Shown here: piece by piece, positions 8,516 to 18,410 of the stretch
Numbering within the stretch: position 1 is the first letter of the stretch
How the letters are laid out: each line of letters opens with the position of its first letter
Assembly: GCA_964578365.1 (NCBI GenBank)
Contig: CAZOCS010000002.1
Span: forward strand, 1-54,865
Source of the DNA: an uncultured Candidatus Cloacimonadota bacterium
GTDB taxonomy: Bacteria > Cloacimonadota > Cloacimonadia > Cloacimonadales > TCS61
Direction: 5' to 3'
Length of the DNA: 54,865 bases
Notes under the pieces: generated by a model
Told to the model about the DNA's origin: nothing
The model's input: only the letters and a program-made list of their open reading frames with translations
Databases searched by the model: none
Made by a program: the position numbers and the translations under genes

Positions 8516-10462
8516 ATGAAAAGAATCGGAGTATTTATTTGTCATTGCGGTGTAAATATTGCCGGCACCGTTGATGTTGAACAACTTACAGAAAAACTAG
8601 CTGATTATCCGGGAGTTGCCCATATCGAGAATTACATGTTCATGTGTTCTGATCCAGGGCAAAACATTATTAAAAAAGCAATAAAGGATCATAAATTGGA
8701 TAGTGTTGTGGTGGCAGCCTGTTCACCAACTCTACATGAATCCACTTTCCAAAATGCTGTTTCTGAAGTTGACATTAACAAATATCAACTGGAAATTGGA
8801 AATATTCGTGAGCAGTGTAGCTGGGTTCATAGTAACAAAGAAGAGGGAACCAGAAAAGCAGAACTTATCATCAAAACTGCAGTGGAAAAAGCAAAACTGA
8901 ATCAATCGCTTGAACCGGTTTCAGCTCCGCTCACAAAACGAGTTCTTATTATTGGTGGTGGAATTGCAGGAATTCAAGCTGCTTTGGATATTGCAGATGG
9001 TGGCTACGAAGTTATCATGGTTGAAAAGAAACCATCAGTTGGTGGTCACATGATCCAACTCTCCGAAACTTTCCCAACTCTAGACTGTTCGCAATGTATT
9101 CTAACTCCCAAAATGGTCCAGCTTGGAAAGCACAAAAACATTAAACTTTATGTAAATAGTGAAATTGATGAGATCAGCGGATTCATGGGGAATTTCAAAG
9201 CAACCATCAAACGTAAACCGCAATATGTAGATCCTGAAATTTGCACTCTTTGTGATGATTGCACAAATGCTTGTCCTATTGTTGTTCCAAGTGAATACGA
9301 TGAAGGACTGGCTTACCGCAAAGCTATCTATGTTCCATTCCCGCAGGCTATACCCGCTTCCTATACAATAGACACAGAAAACTGTTTGGGATTTGATCCG
9401 ATTGCCTGTGGTGAATGCAAAAAAGCCTGTCTTGCAGAAGCAATTGATTATGATAAAAAGCCTGATACATTCGTTGAAGATATTGGTGCTGTGATCGTAG
9501 CTACCGGTTATGATCTGTATCCGGTGGAAAATATTCCTGAATATGGTTATGGAAAATATCCTGATGTGTTGAATGGATTACAGTTTGAGAGGATACTCTC
9601 AGCAACCGGACCAACAGGTGGTGAAATGTTGCGTCCCTCTGATGGGAAAATTCCTAAAGAGATCGTATTCATACAGTGTTCCGGTTCACGTGATCCCGAA
9701 CGACATAATCCATATTGTTCTAAGATATGCTGTATGTACACCTTAAAACATGCTAAACTTTACAAACATAAAGTTCACGACGGTCAACCTTACATTTTCT
9801 ACATAGATATTCGTTCAGGTGGAAAGAGATATGAGGAGTTTATCCAGGAAGGTGTTTCGGAAGACGGCATTGTTTACATACGTGGTAAAGTGGCCAAGAT
9901 ATATAAAAAGGGTGACAAAATGATAGTGCACGGTATGGATACACTTACCGGGCACAAAGTAAAGATCGAAGCAGATATGGTTGTTCTGGCTCAATCTATA
10001 GTTCCCAGTGAGGGAGCTGATAAACTTTTCAAAACGCTAAAACTGGGTACTGATAGTGATGGTTTCTTGAGCGAAGCACATCCAAAGTTAAGACCATTGG
10101 AGAGTTTACAATCCGGTTTCTATCTGGCAGGAGCAGGCCAGGGGCCAAAAGACATTCCCGAAGCTGTTTCTCAAGCTTCCGGAGCAGCTGCCAAGGTTTT
10201 AGCTTTGATGTCTAATGATGAAGTGATGCACGAACCGATCATAGCAACTGTTGATGAAAATATGTGCTCCGGATGCAGTATCTGCATCGGGACATGTCCT
10301 TATGGAGCGAGAGAATTAGATGAAGACAAGATAGCGATTGTGAACGAGATTTTGTGTGAAGGTTGTGGTGCCTGCATTAGTGCGTGTCCATCGGGTGCTT
10401 CTCAACAAAAGAACTTGACCGATGATCAGATCATGAACATGATAAATGTAATAATAAATTAA
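8516..10462 (+). CDS. hdrA: Heterodisulfide reductase subunit A-like FAD/FeS flavoprotein (bifurcating-type)
   Basis: 648 aa. N-terminal Cys cluster (FICHCGVNI). FAD fold VLIIGGGIAGIQAALDIADGGYEVIMVEKKPSVGGHM. Ferredoxin motifs CTLCDDCTNACP, CGECKKAC, CSGCSICIGTCP, CEGCGACISACP. Confidence 0.9.
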   Translation: MKRIGVFICHCGVNIAGTVDVEQLTEKLADYPGVAHIENYMFMCSDPGQNIIKKAIKDHKLDSVVVAACSPTLHESTFQNAVSEVDINKYQLEIGNIREQCSWVHSNKEEGTRKAELIIKTAVEKAKLNQSLEPVSAPLTKRVLIIGGGIAGIQAALDIADGGYEVIMVEKKPSVGGHMIQLSETFPTLDCSQCILTPKMVQLGKHKNIKLYVNSEIDEISGFMGNFKATIKRKPQYVDPEICTLCDDCTNACPIVVPSEYDEGLAYRKAIYVPFPQAIPASYTIDTENCLGFDPIACGECKKACLAEAIDYDKKPDTFVEDIGAVIVATGYDLYPVENIPEYGYGKYPDVLNGLQFERILSATGPTGGEMLRPSDGKIPKEIVFIQCSGSRDPERHNPYCSKICCMYTLKHAKLYKHKVHDGQPYIFYIDIRSGGKRYEEFIQEGVSEDGIVYIRGKVAKIYKKGDKMIVHGMDTLTGHKVKIEADMVVLAQSIVPSEGADKLFKTLKLGTDSDGFLSEAHPKLRPLESLQSGFYLAGAGQGPKDIPEAVSQASGAAAKVLALMSNDEVMHEPIIATVDENMCSGCSICIGTCPYGARELDEDKIAIVNEILCEGCGACISACPSGASQQKNLTDDQIMNMINVIIN

Positions 10463-10475
10463 TAAAGGTAGTAAA

Positions 10476-10901
10476 ATGAGAAAATTTGAACCAAAGATTG
10501 TTTGTTTTCTTTGTAAATGGTGTACATATGCAGGTGCAGATCTAGCGGGAACATCGCGGCAGCAATATCCACCCAATGGTGTGGTCATAAAAACACTTTG
10601 TTCTTCCAGGATAGATCCGGAACACATTTTATATGCCTTCCAACAAGGAAGTGATGGTGTTTTCATCGGGGGTTGTCATCCTGGTGATTGCCATTATCAA
10701 TCAGGAAATTACAAAACAAAAAGAAGAGTATTACTTCTACAAAGTATGATCAAGCAATTGGGTCTGGATTCAAAAAGGCTTCGGCTGGAATGGATTTCTG
10801 CCAGTGAAGGAAACAAATTTGCTAGTACAATGAAAGAATTCACTGAAACAATTCGCAATTTAGGACCCATTCCCAAATTGGATAATAGAGGAGGAGAATA
10901 G
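10476..10901 (+). CDS. mvhD: MvhD/FlpD-type hydrogenase-to-Hdr electron-transfer subunit
   Basis: 141 aa. KIVCFLCKWCTYAGADLAG...IKTLCSSRIDPEHILYAFQQGSDGVFIGGCHPGDCHY. Confidence 0.9.
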   Translation: MRKFEPKIVCFLCKWCTYAGADLAGTSRQQYPPNGVVIKTLCSSRIDPEHILYAFQQGSDGVFIGGCHPGDCHYQSGNYKTKRRVLLLQSMIKQLGLDSKRLRLEWISASEGNKFASTMKEFTETIRNLGPIPKLDNRGGE

Positions 10902-10904
10902 CAC

Positions 10905-11591
10905 ATGAGTGACAAAAGAGAAATGATAGACATCTATATTGGAGGAGAATTATTTCAGGTTCCTGAAGGCTCAACCATAATTTCCGCGATGGAATATGCG
11001 GGTTTCCAGCTAAAAAAGGGAGTTGGATGTCGTGAGGGTTATTGTGGTGCCTGCGCCACGGTTTATAGAGAAAAAGGAGATTATAAATTGAAGGGCGGTT
11101 TAGCTTGCCAAACAGTTGTAACAGATGGAATGGCCGTTGCTATGATCCCATTTGTTCCTGCTGAAAAACCAACTTATGATCTAGAAGAGCTCGAAGCTGA
11201 TGTGAGCACTTTCACCAAATTGTTCCCTACAGTATTCCGCTGTGTTTCCTGCAATACTTGCACAAAAGCTTGTCCACAGGAAATTCAAGTGATGGATTAT
11301 ATTCAAGCGATAATTCGTGGAGATATCGAACGCGCTGCTAACCTGTCTTTCGATTGTATTCGATGTGGACTCTGTGCTCTGCGCTGTCCAGCTGAGATCG
11401 TGCAATATAACAATGCCATCCTGGCTCGTCGATTGTATGCCAAATATTTGGCTCCTAGAAGCCCTGAATTGGAAGCCAGATTGGAAGAGTTGAAGGATAA
11501 AAAGTATGATAAAGAAATTATAGAATTGAAAAAAATGCCCAAAGATAAACTTTCCGAGAAGTATTACAGTCGGGAAATTAAAATTTCTTAA
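10905..11591 (+). CDS. Iron-sulfur subunit: N-terminal [2Fe-2S] ferredoxin fold plus two complete [4Fe-4S] motifs (FrdB/SdhB-like or HdrC-like)
   Basis: 228 aa. CREGYCGAC...C (Cx4Cx2C then a distal Cys). CVSCNTCTKACP and CIRCGLCALRCP. AGGAGGAG RBS. Immediately followed by the flavoprotein gene. Confidence 0.75.
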   Translation: MSDKREMIDIYIGGELFQVPEGSTIISAMEYAGFQLKKGVGCREGYCGACATVYREKGDYKLKGGLACQTVVTDGMAVAMIPFVPAEKPTYDLEELEADVSTFTKLFPTVFRCVSCNTCTKACPQEIQVMDYIQAIIRGDIERAANLSFDCIRCGLCALRCPAEIVQYNNAILARRLYAKYLAPRSPELEARLEELKDKKYDKEIIELKKMPKDKLSEKYYSREIKIS

Positions 11592-11604
11592 GCAGGAGAG
11601 AAAA

Positions 11605-13275
11605 ATGTATCCAGAATATATGATGGAATCGATCAAGATGGTCGAAAAGACCCGACCACAGCGTTTGGAACTTGCCAAAAAACATGGGAAAAAAGTTTTT
11701 CCTGGTATGACGGAACAGGAGAGGCAAGATGTTTTAGACAACAATCATCCCGATTATCAAAGTGATGCACTCAAGGAATTGAGAATCGGACCAAATAAAG
11801 GCGATAAGATGGTAAATGAAGTGGTTGATGTAATGGAGTCATACCCCCGTAATCACCCTGACACATTCGACCTGAAGAAAATAGATATAGAAACAGACGT
11901 ACTTATCATTGGAGCTGGTTCTGCCGGATTATCTGCAGCACTAGAAGCTTCAGATAGTAAGGCATCTGTAATGTTAATAACCAAGCTTCGTCTGGGAGAT
12001 TCTAATTCGATGATGGCTCAAGGTGGAATCCAGGCAGCCGATCAATTGGATGATAATCCGGTTTTACATTATCTTGATGTAATCGGTGGAGGTCACTTTG
12101 ACAACAAACCTGAATTGGTGGAAGCACTTGTAAAAGATGCAGCTCCATCCATTAAATGGTTAGAGGAACTCGGAGTAATGTTCGATAAAAACGATGATGG
12201 TTCGATGATGGTGAAATCCGGAGGTGGAACGTGTCGCAATAGAATGCATTCCGCTCGAGATTATACCGGAGCAGCTATATGCCGTGTCCTGCGTGATGAA
12301 GTAACCAACCGCCCGGATAAGATCAAGTATCATGAATACACTGCTGCTACAGAACTTATTCTGGATGACAAAGGAAATTGTGCCGGAGCGATCCTTTATC
12401 ATCTGGAAAACAAACAATATAGCATTGTGAAAGCTAAAACTGTGATAATGGCTACAGGTGGTTTCGGACGCTTACATATTCGTGGTTATGAAACATCAAA
12501 TCATTATGGAGCAACTGCTGATGGGCTGGTAATGGGCTATCGTGCCGGCGCAAAACTGATGTATATGGATTCGGTACAATATCATCCAACTGGTGCAGTT
12601 TTCCCGGAACAGATCGTTGGCTTCCTTTGCACAGAAAAAATAAGAGCATTAGGTGCGCAACCTGTCAATAAAGATGGGGAGCTTTTTGTGTATCCTTTGG
12701 AACCCAGAGATATTGAAGCCTCAGCTTTTATTAGAGAATGCAATAATGGATTGGGAGTAGAAACTCCATCTGGATTGAAAGGTATCTGGCTTGATACGCC
12801 ACTTATAGATTTGATCAGTGGTGAAGGATCGATAGAAAAATTTCTTCCTGCTATGCTGCGCCAATACAAACGTTTTGATATAGATGTCCGCAAATATCCA
12901 ATGCTTGTTTATCCAACATTACATTATCAGAATGGAGGATTAGAGATCAATGTCGATGCCGAAACATCCATTCCCGGACTTTATGTAGCAGGAGAAGCTT
13001 CAGGTGGAATTCATGGAAGAAATCGCCTGATGGGAAATTCCCAGCTCGACATAATTGTTTTTGGACGACGAGCCGGAATTAATGCAGCAGCAAAAGTTAA
13101 AAAAGGTATTAAACTTGGCAAATTAAGTTTGGATCATGTAATAAAATATATTAAAGAAGTAGATTCAATTGGTATAGATAAAAAACAGGTATCTCCTGTA
13201 ATTCTTCCTGATTATATTCCGGATCATGTGAAAGCAAAACAACTTTCATCGGAATATCAAGGGAACTTACTCTAA
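11605..13275 (+). CDS. Fumarate reductase / succinate dehydrogenase-family flavoprotein (soluble, probably non-covalent FAD)
   Basis: 556 aa. DVLIIGAGSAGLSAA. SMMAQGGI with Asn134 (12004-12006) where SdhA/FrdA carry the flavinylated His. TEKIRALG (catalytic Arg region). VQYHPTG. YVAGEASGGIHGRNRLMGNSQLDIIVFGRRAG. About 95-aa N-terminal extension before the Rossmann fold. Confidence 0.8.
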   Translation: MYPEYMMESIKMVEKTRPQRLELAKKHGKKVFPGMTEQERQDVLDNNHPDYQSDALKELRIGPNKGDKMVNEVVDVMESYPRNHPDTFDLKKIDIETDVLIIGAGSAGLSAALEASDSKASVMLITKLRLGDSNSMMAQGGIQAADQLDDNPVLHYLDVIGGGHFDNKPELVEALVKDAAPSIKWLEELGVMFDKNDDGSMMVKSGGGTCRNRMHSARDYTGAAICRVLRDEVTNRPDKIKYHEYTAATELILDDKGNCAGAILYHLENKQYSIVKAKTVIMATGGFGRLHIRGYETSNHYGATADGLVMGYRAGAKLMYMDSVQYHPTGAVFPEQIVGFLCTEKIRALGAQPVNKDGELFVYPLEPRDIEASAFIRECNNGLGVETPSGLKGIWLDTPLIDLISGEGSIEKFLPAMLRQYKRFDIDVRKYPMLVYPTLHYQNGGLEINVDAETSIPGLYVAGEASGGIHGRNRLMGNSQLDIIVFGRRAGINAAAKVKKGIKLGKLSLDHVIKYIKEVDSIGIDKKQVSPVILPDYIPDHVKAKQLSSEYQGNLL

Positions 13276-13290
13276 TATTTGGAGGGTTTG

Positions 13291-14298
13291 ATGGCAAAAC
13301 CTAAAGTTGCCTTTTATTGGTGTGCATCTTGTGGTGGCTGTGAAGAAGCGATCGTAGATCTGAACGAAGATATTTTAAAAGTGGCAGATCTGGTTAATAT
13401 TGTTTTCTGGCCATGCGCCATGGATTTTAAATATGAGGATGTGCGCAAAATGAAAGATGGAGAGATCACTGTCTCTTTCATTAATGGAGCAATTCGTACC
13501 GAAGAAAACGAAGAAATGGCAAAATTATTACGCAAAAAATCGCAGTTTGTTATTTCTTTTGGTGCCTGCTCTCACATGGGTGGAATTCCCGGATTAGGTA
13601 ATTTCTGGGATAAGGAAAGCATCTTCGAATCTTCTTATGGAGAATCTTGCCCATCTGTATTGAATCCTGATGGGATTGTACCTCTGGTTAGATCAAAAGT
13701 ATCTGAAGGTGAGCTTACTCTACCGGAATTTCATGATACTGTAAGAAGTCTGGATCAAGTAGTAGATGTAGATTATTATCTACCCGGTTGCTCTCCAGAA
13801 CCATACCTTACTATGAATGCAATTGTCAAATTGCTGTCAGGTGATCTTCCTGCCAAAGGAACAGTGTTGGCTCCGGCAAAATCAATGTGTGATATCTGCA
13901 GCAGAAGTGAAACAAAACCTGAAAAACTCAGTATTAAAGAGATCAAACGCGTAGCAACAGTACAACCAGATCCAGAAGAATGTTTCCTGGCTCAGGGCAT
14001 TATTTGTATGGGACCGGTTACCAGGTTTGGCTGCAAGGAAGAAGGAGATGGTCGCTGCATCAGTGCCAATATGCCATGCCGTGGTTGTTATGGACCACCC
14101 CCAGGCGTTAAAGATGTCGGTGCCAAAATGGTTTCGGCTCTGGCTTCCATTGTTGGATTGGAAGGTGAAGAAGAAATGAGTGATAATGATGTGCAAAGCC
14201 TGATGGATCAAATTCCCGATCCAGCAGGAACATTCTATCGTTTTTCCCTGCCAATTTCAATGATGAGAAGAAAACGTATGACAAGTGAGGAAAACTAA
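13291..14298 (+). CDS. mvhG: [NiFe] hydrogenase small subunit, cytoplasmic Mvh-type
   Basis: 335 aa from ATG 13291 (GGAGGG at 13281-13286). FYWCASCGGCEE proximal-cluster motif. C-terminal Cys-rich region (CDICS, CMGPVTRFGC, CISANMPCRGC). No twin-arginine signal. Confidence 0.85.
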   Translation: MAKPKVAFYWCASCGGCEEAIVDLNEDILKVADLVNIVFWPCAMDFKYEDVRKMKDGEITVSFINGAIRTEENEEMAKLLRKKSQFVISFGACSHMGGIPGLGNFWDKESIFESSYGESCPSVLNPDGIVPLVRSKVSEGELTLPEFHDTVRSLDQVVDVDYYLPGCSPEPYLTMNAIVKLLSGDLPAKGTVLAPAKSMCDICSRSETKPEKLSIKEIKRVATVQPDPEECFLAQGIICMGPVTRFGCKEEGDGRCISANMPCRGCYGPPPGVKDVGAKMVSALASIVGLEGEEEMSDNDVQSLMDQIPDPAGTFYRFSLPISMMRRKRMTSEEN

Positions 14299-14299
14299 G

Positions 14300-15763
14300 A
14301 TGTCAAAAAAAATAACTATAGATCCGATAACTAGATTGGAAGGTCATGGTAAAGTTGAGATATTCCTGGATGAGAAGGGGAATGCTACAAATGCATATTT
14401 ACAGGTTCCCGAACTTAAAGGATTTGAACAATTTTGCATAGGCAGACCTGTAGAAGAACTTCCTAGAATCACTCCGCGAATTTGCGGGGTTTGTCCTACT
14501 ACGCATCATATGGCTGCTACAAAAGCAGTTGATGCGGTTTATAATGTTGTTCCTACAGATACTGCTATCAAAGTACGCCGTGTGATTTATGATGCGTTCA
14601 TGATGGAAGATCATCTTCTGCATTTTTTCTTTTTAGGTGGACCTGATTTTGTGGTTGGTCCTGATGCACCTCCCGGGGAAAGAAACATACTTGGAGTTGT
14701 TGGAAAAGTTGGTGTTGAAATTGGAAAAAAGGTTATCGATATTCGTCGTAGATTACGGTCTGTTATCACAACATTGAGCGGAAGAGTAATTCATCCTGTG
14801 AGCGGACTTCCCGGTGGAGTTTCCAAAGGTATAACAGAAGAACAGAGAGTAGAATTTCTACAAATTGCTAAAGATAGTGTGGAATTTGCCAAGTTTACTT
14901 TGAAAGTTTTTGAAGATATTGTACTTAAAAATAAAACTTATGTAGATCTAATTGTAGGTGATATCTACAAACATAAAACTTATTACATGGGAATGGTGGA
15001 TGAGAACAATCATCCCGATTTTTATGATGGTAAGATCCGGGTTGTTGATCCCGATGGAAAAGAAATAGCCAAGTTTGCTCCTAAAGACTACCTGGATCAT
15101 ATTGTAGAACGTGTAGAACCGTGGAGCTATATAAAATTTCCATATTTAAAAAACGTAGGTTGGAAAGGTTTTGTGGACGGGAAAGACAGCGGTGTTTACC
15201 GAGTTGCACCCTTAGCAAGATTGAATGTAGCAGATGGAATGTCTACACCTCTAGCTCAAGCAGAATTTGAAAAAATGTTCTCAATTCTGGGTGGGAAACC
15301 TGCCCATAATACACTGGCTTTTCACTGGGCCAGATTAATAGAAGTAATGTTTGCTGCCGAACATATGGTTAAACTATTGAAAGACAAATCCATAACCAGC
15401 CCGGATATTCGTCGTATTCCTACAGAAACACCAAAAGAAGGAGTGGGAATTGTTGAAGCTCCCAGAGGTACTCTCATTCATCATTACAAAACAGATGAAC
15501 AGGGAATGGTTACGGGTGTGAATCTGATCGTGGCAACTGTAGGCAACTCTGCAGCTATGTCTATGTCTATAGCCAAAGCTGCTCAGAATCTTATAAAAAA
15601 TGGAGAAGTTAACGATAGTATTTTAAATATGGTAGAAATGGCCTTCCGTCCTTATGATCCTTGTTTGGCTTGTGCCACTCATTCACTTCCAGGTAAAATG
15701 CCACTGATGGTGAACGTATATGACAAGGACAAAAATAAACTTAAAACGATTACAAGGGATTAA
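14300..15763 (+). CDS. mvhA: [NiFe] hydrogenase large subunit, Mvh-type (group 3-like)
   Basis: 487 aa from ATG 14300. ITRLEGHG. N-terminal Ni-binding RICGVCPTTHH. C-terminal DPCLACATH followed by a 26-aa extension, the expected endopeptidase substrate. Confidence 0.9.
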   Translation: MSKKITIDPITRLEGHGKVEIFLDEKGNATNAYLQVPELKGFEQFCIGRPVEELPRITPRICGVCPTTHHMAATKAVDAVYNVVPTDTAIKVRRVIYDAFMMEDHLLHFFFLGGPDFVVGPDAPPGERNILGVVGKVGVEIGKKVIDIRRRLRSVITTLSGRVIHPVSGLPGGVSKGITEEQRVEFLQIAKDSVEFAKFTLKVFEDIVLKNKTYVDLIVGDIYKHKTYYMGMVDENNHPDFYDGKIRVVDPDGKEIAKFAPKDYLDHIVERVEPWSYIKFPYLKNVGWKGFVDGKDSGVYRVAPLARLNVADGMSTPLAQAEFEKMFSILGGKPAHNTLAFHWARLIEVMFAAEHMVKLLKDKSITSPDIRRIPTETPKEGVGIVEAPRGTLIHHYKTDEQGMVTGVNLIVATVGNSAAMSMSIAKAAQNLIKNGEVNDSILNMVEMAFRPYDPCLACATHSLPGKMPLMVNVYDKDKNKLKTITRD

Positions 15764-15809
15764 TAAAATTTGCGATGAAAGCAAAAAAGCAGGAAATTTA
15801 GAGAAATTG

Positions 15810-16262
15810 ATGAGTACTTTAGTTCTTGGTTTAGGAAACACTATTTTGTCTGATGATGGAGTAGGAATTCATATAGCATTTGAGATAAAAAAGAAGTGTG
15901 ATAATATCGATGTATTGGAAGCCAGTGCCGCCGGTTTTCGCGTGATCGACGAAATAATAGGTTATGATAAGCTCATCCTGATAGATTCTATCAAAACAGG
16001 TAAAGTTGAATCAGGAGGATTGCACAGATTCACTTTTGATGAATTCAGCAGAACAATGCATCATACGTCTCCACATGACATTAGCTTGTTCGAAGCATTT
16101 GATATAATGAAAAAAGAAAATGCTGATCTACCTACAAATATTAAAGTTTATGCTGTTGAAGTGGAAGACACATCCACTTTTTCAGAAAATTGCACACTCA
16201 AAGTTGCAGAGGTTATTCCCAAAGTAGCAGAGATCGTAATAATGGAAAATAATTTAACATAG
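15810..16262 (+). CDS. Hydrogenase maturation endopeptidase (HycI/FrhD family)
   Basis: 150 aa from ATG 15810. LVLGLGNTILSDDGVGIH start typical of the family. Lies directly downstream of the large subunit. Confidence 0.8.
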   Translation: MSTLVLGLGNTILSDDGVGIHIAFEIKKKCDNIDVLEASAAGFRVIDEIIGYDKLILIDSIKTGKVESGGLHRFTFDEFSRTMHHTSPHDISLFEAFDIMKKENADLPTNIKVYAVEVEDTSTFSENCTLKVAEVIPKVAEIVIMENNLT

Positions 16263-16275
16263 ATCCGGGGGTTCA

Positions 16276-17445
16276 ATGAACATTCATGAATATCAGGCGA
16301 AACAAATTTTTGCCGATCAGAATATACCAATTCAAGATGGAATAATGATAGAAGATGCTGCGGAGGCAAGAAATGCAGCTAATAAAATAGGTGGTAATTT
16401 CTGGGTTGTAAAAGCACAGATCCATGCTGGTGGACGAGGCAAGGGTGGCGGAGTAAAATTTGCTAAAACTTTGGACGAAGTAGAAAAATATGCTTCTGAT
16501 ATTTTAGGAATGACGCTAATTACACATCAAACCGGTCCTGCAGGAAGATTAGTTAAGAAGATATTTATCGCAGGTGGCGTGGATATAAAAAAAGAATATT
16601 ACCTGGGAATAGTTTTAGATAGAACATCTGAAATGCCGGTTATGATGGCTTCCACTGAAGGTGGAATGGAAATCGAAAAAGTAGCATCCGAAACACCAGA
16701 GAAGATCATCAAAGTAGGAATCGATCCGCTAATTGGTTTCAGAGCTTTCCATGCCGGAAAGCTGTCTTCCGGATTAAACCTTTCCAAAGAACAAATGAAG
16801 CACTTTGGTAAATTTGCAAAAGCTTTGTATGATGTATATTCAAATAATGATGCCAGCCTTATAGAAATAAATCCGCTGGTCCTTACTGCAGAAGATACTT
16901 TTTTAGCTTTGGATGCTAAAATGGGATTCGATGATAACGCTTTGTATCGTCATGCTGATCTTAGAGAAATGCTTGATCTGGACGAAGAAGAACCTACTGA
17001 ACTGGAAGCTGGTAAATACGGATTAAGCTATGTGAAACTGGATGGTAATGTTGGCTGCATGGTAAATGGTGCCGGATTGGCAATGTCTACCATGGACATC
17101 ATTAAATTGAATGGTGGTGATCCTGCAAACTTTTTAGATGTTGGTGGTGTAGCTAGCGCAGAAACAGTTGCAAAGGGTTTTGAAATTATATTGCAAGATA
17201 AAAATGTTAAGGCGATCTTTGTAAACATCTTCGGTGGAATCGTACGATGTGATCGTATTGCCAATGGTATTTTGGAAGCGACTAAAAAAATAGATGTAAA
17301 GGTTCCGCTTATTGTACGTTTGAACGGTACAAATTCTGAAGAAGCAGCAGAAATTCTCAAAGCAGCAAATATTGAGAATATAATTACAGCTAAAGACCTG
17401 GCCGATGGAGCTCAAAAAGCTGTTAATGCTGCAAGGGGTGTGTAA
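16276..17445 (+). CDS. sucC: Succinyl-CoA synthetase beta subunit
   Basis: 389 aa. [42 protein letters not shown]. Confidence 0.95.
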   Translation: MNIHEYQAKQIFADQNIPIQDGIMIEDAAEARNAANKIGGNFWVVKAQIHAGGRGKGGGVKFAKTLDEVEKYASDILGMTLITHQTGPAGRLVKKIFIAGGVDIKKEYYLGIVLDRTSEMPVMMASTEGGMEIEKVASETPEKIIKVGIDPLIGFRAFHAGKLSSGLNLSKEQMKHFGKFAKALYDVYSNNDASLIEINPLVLTAEDTFLALDAKMGFDDNALYRHADLREMLDLDEEEPTELEAGKYGLSYVKLDGNVGCMVNGAGLAMSTMDIIKLNGGDPANFLDVGGVASAETVAKGFEIILQDKNVKAIFVNIFGGIVRCDRIANGILEATKKIDVKVPLIVRLNGTNSEEAAEILKAANIENIITAKDLADGAQKAVNAARGV

Positions 17446-17447
17446 GC

Positions 17448-18317
17448 ATGAGTATATTAGTAAATAAAGATTCAAAAGTTATAGTGCAGGGTTTCACAGG
17501 AAAGGAAGGAACTTTCCATGCTCAGCAATGTATCGAATATGGTACTAATATTGTAGGTGGGGTTACACCGGGCAAAGGTGGGCAAATCCATCTGGGAAAA
17601 CCCGTTTTTAATTCTGTTCAAGATGCAATAGAAGAAGTTAAGGCAGATGTAAGCATTATTTTTGTACCACCAGCTTTCTCTGCAGACGCAGTGATGGAAG
17701 CAGCTGAGGCAGGCATTAAAGTGATCGTTTGTATTACAGAAGGCATCCCTGTTTCAGATATGATGATAGCAAAAAAATATGTTAAAAATAAGGGAGCAAT
17801 TTTAATTGGTCCTAATTGTCCGGGAATTATTAGTGCAGAGGAAACCAAAATTGGTATTATGCCGGGAGTAGTATTTAAAAAAGGGGATGTTGGAGTTATA
17901 TCAAAATCTGGAACCCTAACATACGAAGCAGCAAATCAGGTTGTTGAAGCAGGTTTAGGAATAACTACAGCTATTGGAATTGGCGGTGATCCAATTATTG
18001 GAACAACATATATCGATCTTTTAGAACTTTTTGAAAATGATTCTGAAACAAAAGCAATTGTTATGATCGGAGAAATTGGTGGAGATCTGGAGATACAAGC
18101 TGCTAAATATATAAGAAAGAATATTACGAAACCTGTTGTAGCATTTATTGCAGGACAAACCGCTCCTAAGGGAAAACGAATGGGCCACGCCGGTGCGATA
18201 ATTGCCGGCAGCAAAGGAACAGCCAAAGAGAAAATGGATGCTTTGGAAGCAGCTGATGTTCATGTTGTTGCTTCACCTGCTGATATTGGCAAGAAAGTAA
18301 AAGAGGTTCTTGGGTAA
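17448..18317 (+). CDS. sucD: Succinyl-CoA synthetase alpha subunit
   Basis: 289 aa. [22 protein letters not shown], phosphohistidine loop MGHAGAII. Confidence 0.95.
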   Translation: MSILVNKDSKVIVQGFTGKEGTFHAQQCIEYGTNIVGGVTPGKGGQIHLGKPVFNSVQDAIEEVKADVSIIFVPPAFSADAVMEAAEAGIKVIVCITEGIPVSDMMIAKKYVKNKGAILIGPNCPGIISAEETKIGIMPGVVFKKGDVGVISKSGTLTYEAANQVVEAGLGITTAIGIGGDPIIGTTYIDLLELFENDSETKAIVMIGEIGGDLEIQAAKYIRKNITKPVVAFIAGQTAPKGKRMGHAGAIIAGSKGTAKEKMDALEAADVHVVASPADIGKKVKEVLG

Positions 18318-18410
18318 TTTGTCACTATCCTACCTGTTGCTTGAAGTGTGAAAGCAGGATTGAAGGATAATAAAAGAATAAGAAATTTAAATAATTAATG
18401 AGGTGATCAA

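Noticed and set aside
11181-11744. 187-aa ORF on the - strand, and other long antisense ORFs (for example 7290-7658, 964-1308, 37451-37822, 40888-41430, 33928-34380).
   Set aside because: All lie antisense to genes with unambiguous family motifs. They lack RBSs and encode low-complexity or hydrophobic nonsense typical of AT-rich antisense frames.
18318-18410. Possible terminator in the only sizeable gap (93 nt) inside the redox/TCA cluster.
   Set aside because: Only an imperfect hairpin is present (CCTGTTGCTT...AAAGCAGG), with no T-tract. I cannot call a terminator, so an internal promoter or processing site remains possible but unsupported.
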